Shown piece by piece: positions 12,301 through 19,274 of a stretch of 35,404 bases of DNA. A program made the position numbers and the translations under genes. The DNA is from Craspedostauros australis (taxonomy: Eukaryota). The first letter of the stretch is position 1, and each line of letters opens with the position of its first letter. The notes below the pieces were generated by a model. That model searched no databases and was not told the DNA's origin. It saw only the letters and a list, made by a program, of their open reading frames with translations. The stretch spans positions 1-35,404 of the forward strand of contig JALAGF010003106.1 of assembly GCA_030167865.1 (NCBI GenBank). Reading direction: 5' to 3'.

Positions 12301-15300
12301 ACATTGTTTGATGCCCTGAGGCAACCCGGGTCCGGCGGAGAGGCTGCACCGACAACGGCCGTGGGTTCGCCGCGGATGCAGGTAGGATCACTGGGCCAAG
12401 GACGGCCAGGGACTGGATCCGGAAAAGGAGGCCGCAAGACGTTGTTCGACGCTCTCGGTCTCTCGCCTCCTCCATCGTCAAACCCAGCAGCAACTGCATC
12501 ATCCACAAACGGCGATGGTCGCTCGGGCGTGGCAGGAACGAAGACTCTTGCAGAAGCCTTGGGACTTCCGATGGATAATGCTGTGATATCCGCTCCGATC
12601 GCTTCGAGCACTTCGAATGGAAGATCTGCTCCTACCCAACGAGCTCCACAGGCCGCCAACGGCAGCAGTGGTAGACAAAAGACTTTGTTCGACGCGCTCG
12701 GGTTATCTCCTCCAGGCGGAGCTGCAGATGCCACTGCCCCTACTGTCGGAGCCATTGATGTCGGTGCGGCTAATACATCGCGCAGTGTGCCTTCCATCGG
12801 CAATGGCGGGAAGACTTTGTTCGATGCGCTTGGTGTCACATCAGCTGGCGAAAGAGGAGCAGCCACTCCTGCACTTGACAACCACGAAATTCCTAAGTTG
12901 CAACCACAGCAACCAACTCAGACCGGATCTGGTCGAGGCGGGCAGAGGACGCTGTTTGATGCGCTCGGCCTCTCGGGCCAGCAAGTTGCCAAGGAACAGC
13001 AACGCGTAACACCACCTTCTCAGGTTGCACCAAGGAAGGCAGGAACGAAGACCCTCGCAGAGGCTTTGGGAATTGCTCCTTCACAGAATCAGGATTCTCG
13101 TGCGGTTGCTGCTGTGCCAACGGGAGCGCCATCTCGACTTGATGTTGCTAGTCTTGGAGATGAGGGTACAAAGACCCTGTTCAGTGCGCTCGGTATCCAG
13201 ACGCCAGCCACTCCGACATCAAAGCCACAGCAGCAGCAGGAACGATCGGCTACCACAACCGACAGTCGCACAGGAGCATTGGGGACAAAGACTCTCGCAG
13301 AGGCTTTGGGACTATCTGCTGCGCAGATTCAGGGTCCCGCCGCGGTTCCTACCGTCGCAAATGTGATGTCATCCGAACCAAGTGTCGCTGGTTCTGCTCA
13401 AGAGACCCCGAGAACACTCTTCGATGCGCTTGGTATCCAGGCACCAACCACCGCAACTGCCAAACCAGCAATGCAACAAGAACGATCGGCTACCACAACC
13501 AACAGCCGCACAGGAGCAATGGGGACAAAGACTCTCGCCGAAGCTTTGGGCCTATCTGATGCGCAGACTCATCATCCTGCCGCGGTTCCTACCGTCGCAA
13601 AGGCGGTGCCATCCGAACCAGGTGTCGCTGGTTCTACTCAAGAGACCCCAAGGACACTCTTCGATGCACTTGGCATCCAGGCGCCGGCCGTTACAAGCTC
13701 GAAGCCACAACAACAAGAGCGATCGTCTGCCACAATCAACAGCCGGACAGGAGCAATGGGGACAAAGACTCTCGCCGAAGCTTTGGGACTATCTGCTGCG
13801 CAGATTCAGGATCCCGCCGCAGTTCCTACCGTCGCAAAGGTGGTGTCATCCGAACCAAGTGTCGCTGGTTCTACTCAAGAGACCCCAAGGACACTCTTCG
13901 ATGCACTCGGCATCCAGGTGCCGGCCGTTACAAGCTCGAAGCCGCAGCAGCAGATAGAACGATCGGCTACCGCAACCAACAGTCGCACAGGAGCATTGGG
14001 GACAAAGACTCTCGCCGAAGCTTTGGGACTATCTGCTGCGCAGACTCATCATCCTGCCGCGGTTCCTACCGTCGCAAAGGCGGTGCCATCCGAATCAAGC
14101 GTCGCTGGTTCTGCTCAAGAGACCCCAAGAACACTCTTCGATGCGCTCGGCATCCAGGCACCAACCACCGCAACTGCCAAACCAGCAATGCAACAAGAAC
14201 GATCGGCTGCCACAACCAACAGCCGCACAGGAGCATTGGGGACAAAGACTCTCGCCGAGGCGTTGGGATTATCTGCTGCGCAGACCCATCATCCTGCCGC
14301 GGTTCCTACTGTCGCAAAGGTGATGCCATCCGAACCAAGCGTCCCTGGTCCTGCTCAAGAGACCCCGAGGACACTCTTCGATGCACTTGGCATCCAGGTG
14401 CCGGCCGTTACAAGCTCGACGCCACAGCAGCAACAAGAACGATCGTCTGCCACAATCAACAGCCGGACAGGAGCAATGGGGACAAAGACTCTCGCCGAAG
14501 CTTTGGGACTATCTGCTGCGCAGACTCATCATCCTGCCGCGGTTCCTACCGTCGCAAAGGCGGTGCCATGCGAATCAAGCGTCGCTGGTTCTGCTCAAGA
14601 GACCCCAAGAACACTCTTCGATGCGCTTGGCATCCAGATGCCGGCCACTTCGGCATCAAAGCCACAACAGCAGATAGAACGATCGGCTACCACAACCGAC
14701 AGTCGCACAGGAGCATTGGGGACAAAGACTCTCGCCGAGGCGTTGGGATTATCTGCTGCGCAGACCCATCATCCCGCCGCGGTTCCTACCGTCGCAAATG
14801 TGATGCCATCTGAACCAAGCGTCGCTGGTTCTGCTCAAGAGACCCCGAGAACACTCTTCGATGCGCTTGGCATCCAGGCGCCGGCCACTTCGGCATCAAA
14901 GCCACAACAGCAGATAGAACGATCGGCTACCACAACCAACAGCCGCACAGGAGCATTGGGGACAAAGACTCTCGCAGAGGCTTTGGGACTATCTGCTGCG
15001 CAGACCCATCATCCCGCCGCGGTTCCTACTGTCGCAAAGGTGGCGTCATCCGAACCAAGCGTCGCTGGTTCTGCTCAAGAGACCCCGAGAACACTCTTCG
15101 ATGCGCTTGGTATCCAGGCACCAACCACCGCAACTGCCAAGCCAGCAATGCAACAAGAACGATCGGCTGCCACAACCAACAGTCGCACAGGAGCATTGGG
15201 GACAAAGACTCTCGCCGAAGCTTTGGGCCTATCTGATGCGCAGACTCATCATCCTGCCGCGGTTCCTACCGTCGCAAAGGCGGTGCCATCCGAATCAAGC

Positions 15301-18252
15301 GTCGCTGGTTCTACTCAAGAGACCCCAAGGACACTCTTCGATGCACTTGGCATCCAGGGACCGGCCGTTACAAGCTCGAAGCCGCAGCAGCAAGAACGAT
15401 CGGCTACCACAGCCGACAGCCGCACAGGAGCATCGGGGACAAAGACCCTCGCAGAGGCGTTGGGATTATCTGCTGCGCAGATTGAAGATCGCAACGTAGT
15501 TCCGCCCACGGCGCCGGTGCCAACCGCCACTACTCCCGAGCAAGGAAACTCGAGGACCTTGTTTGGTGCACTCGGCATCCAGACAGCGTCAGCGCCAGCG
15601 CCAGCCCCCGCAGGACAGACCACCACAGCCCCGGCGAGGCAGCAACCCCAAAAACGACCAGGCGGCCCATCAGATCGCCGCACGGGAGCAGCGGGCACAA
15701 AAACGCTCGGCGAAGCCCTTGGGCTTTCTCCGGCCCAGATCGCGGCTCCTCCCGCACCAAGACCACACCCGCAGCCAAGGAGTCAGAATTCTCAGAGATC
15801 ATTGACACAGCAGCAACAGCAGCAGCAAGCATCAGTGGCGAACGAGAAACGATCTGGTGCTGCTGGGACCAAGACACTTGGAGAAGCGTTGGGTCTGTCG
15901 ATGGCGGATATTTCAGGGAATCGAAATCAAGCACCAATTGTACTGGGTCGCTCGTCACGCGGTACCAACAATTCGCAACTGCCCTATAACCCTCAATCGC
16001 GAGGCGACAGCGACAGTGACTCCGAGTATGGCAGCAGCAGTGACAGTTATACCACATCCAGCAGCGGCTCTGGCTCTGACTACACATCCGGTTCGTCGTC
16101 CGGCTCGTCGTCGAGCCCTGTCGATAGGTTTGAAAGCGCCGATGGCAGCGCGAGGAATAGAGCTCCTCTTGAACCAAGCTCCAAGATTGTTGCCGCCAGT
16201 CGTGGAAGTCTCTTCGATTCATTGAGCAGTCCAAGGAACGATGCGGCAAAGAAGGTCGCTTTTGTCGACCCATCATCTGCATACGTGATAGTGCCAAAAA
16301 AGCGTGAGGCTTCGGTGGAGCAGCCGTCCTCTGGTTTGTCCATGAACGAAGCTATCTCATACATCGAAAAGCAGATGGGCAACGAACGGCACAGCACAGG
16401 ATCTGAGAAGATTCTGATGGATATCGCCAATCAGGCGACGAACGGTTTGCATGCCAAGGTGCCGCTGCCGCTGCCGCTGACACAGAAACGGGCATCTACA
16501 AAGCCACCAGCACCAGCGCAGCCATCGACGCCGGTGTCTAAATTGAGCCCGTCCAAGTCGACGACCATCCACTCGTCTTCGAAGCTGGAATGGTGGAAGA
16601 AGAATGGAAAGCAAGCCGTCTCCCAGGCTCGCGACGGCGTAGCACGCACCGAAGGAGCACCAACGCCCAGCAATGCTTTCGTGGCCGTCTCCCATCGCGA
16701 CGTGAGCGTTTTCGAACAAACCAGCGGAGAACACAGCAGCAGCAGCGCCGCGGCGCCCCCAAGTCCCAGTAGCAGCAGGCTCCGGCCGGAGATCCTTCCA
16801 GCTGTTGCGCCTCGCACAGACAGAGAACGAACGCCGTTGTCGAAATTGGACGCCCAATCGGAGAAGCAGCGCATGTCGCGGCTTTCGAAAAGGATTGAGA
16901 AGGCCCACAACCCCGAGCCTCGCACCAAGAATCACGTTAGTTTCACCTTGCCTTCGGCACCCGATGCGGAGCAGACTGAGCGGGCTGTGACGACGCCCAA
17001 CAAGCTCGAAGAGAAACGCCGCAGGGTGGCAGAGCAGCGCCGTGCTGTCGAGGAGAAGCTTGTCAGGAGTGGCGCAGCACCATCAGGAACACCAGAGAAG
17101 AGCCAAACGCCAGGTTCTGCTCGTACTACAACCGCTGCATCTCCATCTGCTTCAACAGCCGCCAGCCAGAGTCCAAGTCGACTGGAGGAGGCCAGGCGCC
17201 GTATCGCAGACGCCAGAAAAGCAAGAGAAGAACGTAAGAACGCTGCTGCTGGGGACAGCGACAACCCTGCGCAAGCAACAGGAACAGCAGCAGCGGTATC
17301 CACGACCGTCACCGCTGCCGGCGCTGATGATATCTCATCACAGCCTCGAGCACTAGAACCTCAAACGCCTCCGCGAACACCTAGCAGCGACGCTCGAACG
17401 AAGGTGCGCACGCCAGGCAGCGTTGCCAGCGCCAACTCCAGCGATCCGCGCCTAGTGGCCCTCCAGGAGAAACGCCGCAAGCTCGCTGAAGCACGTGCAA
17501 GAAGGGAGGAATTATCCAAAGCCAACACCAAGCCTTCACCATCTCCGAAGCTATCACAGCAGATGGCCCGAACCAATGATACACCTTCTCATATCGAGGC
17601 CTTGGCCGTGGGACCAACGTCAGAAGTGGTAACACAAAAGGCAGACGACTCCGTCAGTCAGCTCCGCCATGACGAGGAAGATGGCCACATCACGCATGCC
17701 ATGGTGCATGAAGTGGAGCGCATGTCCTTGCTGATTCGGAAGTACGAGCGCAGGATGGAGATGATGTGCAAAACTCTAATCATGCTGGAAGACGGCGAGG
17801 TGGGCGACAGTTCTGCAGCAACAGCAGCAGCCAGCCAGCAACTCCCACAACTGTACCACCACGTGGTCCAACAGCCATGGTTCACTGCTCATGCGGAGGG
17901 CGACCACTCCAGTCGATCCTCCTTGTTGGCAACTCCTGTAGTTACCCGCAGCGCAACCAACGGCCAAGCACCGGCGAGAGCCGCAGCCGCAGCAGACGCC
18001 AAGTACCGGCTGAGCCCCACAGGAAAGGCGTTCCTGAGGATGGACGGGCCGGTGGGAGCGGACATCGGTCGCTTCCTGGCGTCATTCGATTCCGTCGACA
18101 CGGTGAACATTTCTGTCCTCAAATCCAACTGGGAACAGATCTTCAACTTATCCAGAGATCATCAGAGCCATCGCATTCTGCTGAAGATCGACGATCTTTT
18201 GAGTGTCTGCGTCGAATCGAACTTGATCGAACTTGTTGAACGCCAACGATAA
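3358..18252 (+). CDS. Giant 4964-aa modular repeat protein of unknown function (acidic N-terminus, coiled coils, duplicated globular domain, two 80-aa tandem arrays, small C-terminal domain)
   Basis: Single 14,895-nt stop-free frame. The ATG follows a C/A-rich leader (aaaagacATG). Indels between repeat units preserve frame and many differences are synonymous. No hydrophobic signal peptide or TM segment is evident. Confidence 0.9.
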   Translation: MSNSVESYEEVEELVVGTSNHSYEEIVVSSDEEDFVEEIIEDDDEEEMSAEQLLASLHSSFQALVKRPSNIETSLATVRELEEHTGLDLSDDNLDRGPHSAQHSELIEEELVDDDEYDNDDEYDDINDSRRQSEHSVSMADSASVEFDLGSFTEEGTDEDSEPEDYDAACRRLISSVFRNVDNVDPDDMIRRCDLPTLYMHLKQQYRAKVRNKQILPDGDVAEMGNWEDFDSSKVSFSGGPFFPTMSDHTATSMASKDSTGNKRARSNASADHNNKRGNWDGFQDDADDPFGISSPSASAMQRKRPPKPDSATKPAATSAPPPPSSTSSSSSSSSSSSSQSSFGQESDNESSDDAATATDVPANAPMDSVDTSQIPHPTASATTSASPLTEQQSSTIPSSSSSASTNVATNTQQQQQPQEIGRQSSHEEQLEQVQRWLDRNADDPDDYPSANQILITLLYKDDTEHDVETMVHRTPPKELYRYLQQYYWYKVHNNELTKSSFQEAYTSYLNDPEAFIAEQQEKLYQERAAKKQELSAEEKMRRQRAKLLANDVLKRKEEMEREEERRKENLRQLREDAERELERLVREAEEKKAAQEAAQREQLAAQAMQDDSSGSDSSSSSSSAYGSPERGGSDASSSTSSQDAGDANIASILYAASNDDADAPAINADSSKTAITQEKERLIEEERRLAQALGKLQAEKDRLAGKVSQFSGDVSTSSNEDDMDSAGEPTSGSSDASSDEDDAAYLLNDKSRASDSNRYYQNWSESSNSAANTQNSAHSVDTAEREQGMSLLAGASGRGNTNSDASNESRQVQPPQRMLQSDDTSSSDSSSDSDSSESLHDDYEHMEDSSHHTEPSEREQRSKPPPKRTKSEEDRIQELSEILEFKHRLEKQKLQDEKRKLDERKFEFETFLIDKAKSLDDRRRAEETKLLGEATAREDQRKADDAKYRKELEKLEKDHQRLQKRGSKDMRNLESKRIQLHNRANKQFDIIEEESNRIEDQLAQEGKVMDDKLAHAQARLDALLSSTADDDNGEQGGGSPEKEKGAGFFGRLKNRKKQASIEQERRKQERLMQKKLKEIEVGKEISEIAEEIERLEEVASESEKKQVARKARLEQELQSSDRSIETEIKQLQHDLEKQEKKYAKESDRLNGELQNLQNLRVSDEQWFARESGLIEQRWRDSQDGLKDEAATQREQQKVAYDALQQQADELNDQNKQKDLRIHKEKSGSKKDKHVRFIANESVAQPEPAEETAAEPAKDDSAPAAEESAPTNEKQLAEQTKRSDFIEHELGAILKRAAQEMDGGMEREAVDALAQAAFRVTYTKNYYDVTTDDFLYFPTVAEAMLNYSIFEDANEFYGEEFPVEYTSEIRTVAAMLGTDGDVDDEYRNNMSMDLDLQKEYMGPSATFDLHKYLPAETARTPAADQVEQPEKDPSMQQQDPDTEKYKKEQELRSGLIQDELGTILKQATEEMGEKIESHAFDALIQAVFRVAYTQRFYDVTSDDFVYFPTVAESMLNYSVFEESRQFCVNGDPFPLDYTSEMRNVAAAISVNEDVDTEYRENMSTDLDLKAEFMDPSPSFDLSEYCEVQKKEFQSSILMDTYSLAFAELDPITETADTAPESISPETDSSYREDSKNDEDADNTAVYDFVVPDHLMHVNQPKAESSDDGMSIGSGDIFEDPSTQRGPVSLVEAARRAKEKIDEQNASGKVNHDDANQNSSSSKQRKVEAEIVVPDHLMYVNQPKSEMSDDGDSIGSTDLFDAPSSPQRPVTLVEAAKRAKAKIEEQNASAKTNNEAPATPSKPSAPAVQAVIPEHLLFANQPKTEMSDDGDSIGSGDIFDKPSASRGPVTLVEAAKRAKAKMEEQNASGKINNDSPPTPSKTSKAAVAPAVIPEHLLFANQPKTEMSDDGDSIGSGDIFDKPSAYQAPISLVEAAKRAKAKIEEQNALAKANNDAPATPSKTSKAAVAPVVIPEHLLFANQPKTEMSDDGDSIGSGDIFDKPSAYQAPVTLVEAARRAKAKMEEQNASGKINNDLPQTPSKASKAAVAHTAIPDHLLHVNQPKTEMSDDGDSIGSGDIFDEPSAYQAPVSLVEAAKRAKAKIEEQNASGTTDAAAPATPSKTSKAAVAPAIIPEHLLFANQPKTEMSDDGDSIGSGEIFDKPSAYQAPVSLVEAAKRAKAKIEEQNALAKVNNDAPATPSKTSKAAVAPVIIPEHLLFANQPKTEMSDDGDSIGSGDIFDKPSAYQAPVSLVEAAKRAKAKIEQQNASAKTSNDAPATPSKASKTVAHAAIPEHLLFANQPKTEMSDDGDSIGSGDIFDKPSAYQAPVTLVEAARRAKAKMEEQNASDKVNAEVTATAAAATTTSKTPSSKSVAQSPAAKLAAEHGSPSRAPRQVQLTPSELEYYESECRRLAKRTFDENEVDIDDMIANSDIHDLYNYLNKNQWYKTQQKSTESFSRGSASPSVTQSPRTRSRHSFPQARVEANGGSNAEPVSSRATSVTSGGRTLFDALGLSASDLHSSAPSTAKDGPQSTQIFAGSAKEGRMTLFDALRGPNDAPSGANASASANGGSGSAGTKTLAEALGLPLEHAGNTVSDNRPVSSTHDQSPTSPQRKGRKSLFDAMVASSASTGATSPSTQAGQPAGSGKTLFDALGGEGRGGTDQRSMSSPTPRPQTQRALPGSGQGGRKTLFDALDMSGTKKQGSQPKQPQSGGGKTLAAALGLSSIEDDRSPTPKQTTRENKTLFGALGLHDPDSQSAKTASPKQPQNTGQQAISGTQHRQKTLFDALGLQPSDTSTTPKASSKLQTPSQRNIQQTVGSGQKGQKTLFDALRVPKDEQAMTASTERSGAGGTKTLAEALGLTTDDASTTSDAPTHQVKNGGGKTLLDALRMTPPSKAAQTENRKASKPSSPPKSIQNGQRTLFDALGIPPQQPQPQAQAQQPELQQSSRKPQPKTLADALGLSVPHDTVTPHDRPAAGTPQKTLFDALRQPGSGGEAAPTTAVGSPRMQVGSLGQGRPGTGSGKGGRKTLFDALGLSPPPSSNPAATASSTNGDGRSGVAGTKTLAEALGLPMDNAVISAPIASSTSNGRSAPTQRAPQAANGSSGRQKTLFDALGLSPPGGAADATAPTVGAIDVGAANTSRSVPSIGNGGKTLFDALGVTSAGERGAATPALDNHEIPKLQPQQPTQTGSGRGGQRTLFDALGLSGQQVAKEQQRVTPPSQVAPRKAGTKTLAEALGIAPSQNQDSRAVAAVPTGAPSRLDVASLGDEGTKTLFSALGIQTPATPTSKPQQQQERSATTTDSRTGALGTKTLAEALGLSAAQIQGPAAVPTVANVMSSEPSVAGSAQETPRTLFDALGIQAPTTATAKPAMQQERSATTTNSRTGAMGTKTLAEALGLSDAQTHHPAAVPTVAKAVPSEPGVAGSTQETPRTLFDALGIQAPAVTSSKPQQQERSSATINSRTGAMGTKTLAEALGLSAAQIQDPAAVPTVAKVVSSEPSVAGSTQETPRTLFDALGIQVPAVTSSKPQQQIERSATATNSRTGALGTKTLAEALGLSAAQTHHPAAVPTVAKAVPSESSVAGSAQETPRTLFDALGIQAPTTATAKPAMQQERSAATTNSRTGALGTKTLAEALGLSAAQTHHPAAVPTVAKVMPSEPSVPGPAQETPRTLFDALGIQVPAVTSSTPQQQQERSSATINSRTGAMGTKTLAEALGLSAAQTHHPAAVPTVAKAVPCESSVAGSAQETPRTLFDALGIQMPATSASKPQQQIERSATTTDSRTGALGTKTLAEALGLSAAQTHHPAAVPTVANVMPSEPSVAGSAQETPRTLFDALGIQAPATSASKPQQQIERSATTTNSRTGALGTKTLAEALGLSAAQTHHPAAVPTVAKVASSEPSVAGSAQETPRTLFDALGIQAPTTATAKPAMQQERSAATTNSRTGALGTKTLAEALGLSDAQTHHPAAVPTVAKAVPSESSVAGSTQETPRTLFDALGIQGPAVTSSKPQQQERSATTADSRTGASGTKTLAEALGLSAAQIEDRNVVPPTAPVPTATTPEQGNSRTLFGALGIQTASAPAPAPAGQTTTAPARQQPQKRPGGPSDRRTGAAGTKTLGEALGLSPAQIAAPPAPRPHPQPRSQNSQRSLTQQQQQQQASVANEKRSGAAGTKTLGEALGLSMADISGNRNQAPIVLGRSSRGTNNSQLPYNPQSRGDSDSDSEYGSSSDSYTTSSSGSGSDYTSGSSSGSSSSPVDRFESADGSARNRAPLEPSSKIVAASRGSLFDSLSSPRNDAAKKVAFVDPSSAYVIVPKKREASVEQPSSGLSMNEAISYIEKQMGNERHSTGSEKILMDIANQATNGLHAKVPLPLPLTQKRASTKPPAPAQPSTPVSKLSPSKSTTIHSSSKLEWWKKNGKQAVSQARDGVARTEGAPTPSNAFVAVSHRDVSVFEQTSGEHSSSSAAAPPSPSSSRLRPEILPAVAPRTDRERTPLSKLDAQSEKQRMSRLSKRIEKAHNPEPRTKNHVSFTLPSAPDAEQTERAVTTPNKLEEKRRRVAEQRRAVEEKLVRSGAAPSGTPEKSQTPGSARTTTAASPSASTAASQSPSRLEEARRRIADARKAREERKNAAAGDSDNPAQATGTAAAVSTTVTAAGADDISSQPRALEPQTPPRTPSSDARTKVRTPGSVASANSSDPRLVALQEKRRKLAEARARREELSKANTKPSPSPKLSQQMARTNDTPSHIEALAVGPTSEVVTQKADDSVSQLRHDEEDGHITHAMVHEVERMSLLIRKYERRMEMMCKTLIMLEDGEVGDSSAATAAASQQLPQLYHHVVQQPWFTAHAEGDHSSRSSLLATPVVTRSATNGQAPARAAAAADAKYRLSPTGKAFLRMDGPVGADIGRFLASFDSVDTVNISVLKSNWEQIFNLSRDHQSHRILLKIDDLLSVCVESNLIELVERQR
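7201..8109 (+). repeat. Tandemly duplicated ~131-aa globular domain within the giant ORF (7201-7593 and 7711-8109)
   Basis: RSDFIEHELGAILK...FRVTYTKNYYDVTTDDFLYFPTVAEAMLNYSIFE...DLDLQKEYMGPSATFDL aligns with RSGLIQDELGTILK...FRVAYTQRFYDVTSDDFVYFPTVAESMLNYSVFE...DLDLKAEFMDPSPSFDL. Confidence 0.9.
8302..10404 (+). repeat. Coding tandem array A: 9 copies of a ~240-bp (80-aa) unit
   Basis: Unit IPEHLLFANQPKTEMSDDGDSIGSGDIFDKPSAYQAPVSLVEAAKRAKAKIEEQNA...TPSK... starts at 8302, 8548, 8785, 9025, 9265, 9505, 9745, 9985 and 10222. Confidence 0.95.
10864..15897 (+). repeat. About 44 copies of a short motif [KR]TL(F/A)(D/E)AL(G/R)(L/I) separated by S/T/G/Q/P/A-rich linkers
   Basis: Manual count from the translation: 22 irregularly spaced copies (10864-13200), 20 inside array B, and 2 after it. 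Confidence 0.9.
13201..15582 (+). repeat. Coding tandem array B: 9 regular plus 1 degenerate copy of a ~240-bp (80-aa) unit
   Basis: Unit ...ERSATTTNSRTGALGTKTLAEALGLSAAQTHHPAAVPTVAKAVPSEPSVAGSAQETPRTLFDALGIQ, with high nucleotide identity between copies. Confidence 0.95.
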
Positions 18253-19274
18253 AACTGGTGCCCGTATGACATGGTGGGCATACTCATGCGTAGGGTACGC
18301 AGAACGATTCTACTCTGCCCGACCATGCTGCATACGATCCCATGGAGAGTACCGCACTCGCAAGGACCATACGAGTATGGGGCAAAGTAAATGAACACGG
18401 TCCTCCCAATACACTACGTAGGCATGAACCAGGTGGGTGCTGATGTGACGAGGATGTGCCACTTCTTGGGCAAGGAGAGAGGAGCAGGGGATACTGAACA
18501 AAAATGCAAACACAACGAGAGCACTCCATGTACGAGTAAAAGACTGGACCGAGGGGAAGACCAGCAGCCGGCGAAGAATGACCACCACGCATACACACAC
18601 ACGTGTCCACTGACATGCACAAATACGCACGGGTCCAAATGCGCACACACTGACACACCACACTAAATGTTGTACTGTGCAATAATAATTAATAAGTAAA
18701 AGGGGAATATCAATGTTGATGAGGTTGGTGTGTTCACAGTGCTTGATGCTTGATGTTTGATGCACGGTGACGACGACTCTGTTCTGGATGCATTTTGGGT
18801 CATTCTACACAAGTTACATAGTAGTCTGTGGTTTGAAGTACTCGATCTGCTCTTTTTACATAATACCTTCATCACAGTATCACGTTGTGTTTCGGACAAA
18901 CTGTTTCGTCTTGTCCCACGGCCGCGACAAGACAACGACTAAAACCCGAAGCGAAACAAGCAACCAAACAGACATCGTGAACGACGCACATCGCGCCAAG
19001 AGAGCGAGTAGCGTATCCGTCATGGCATTTGCGGAAGCAAGCGGACCAGAGGTGTGGCATGCCATTGACGACAGAGACCTCGAGCCAACACAGAGGAGGG
19101 GAAGGATTGCTGGTATCAGAGTATTATTATATTCTATTATAGAATACAATACGACTATCATCGACATCCACATCTGCATCTAGGGTACAACCAGACATAG
19201 CGGTATCAGTAGTATCAGTAGCAACAACAGCAGCATTTCACCGTGTTTCCGCACAAGCATTCATCACAAAACGA

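Noticed and set aside
10864-15897. WH2 actin-binding repeats
   Set aside because: The short amphipathic helix is vaguely similar, but the following LKKV-type motif is absent.
3337-18239. Many antisense and alternate-frame ORFs over the giant gene
   Set aside because: Shadow ORFs from codon bias and repeats, with no domain signal.
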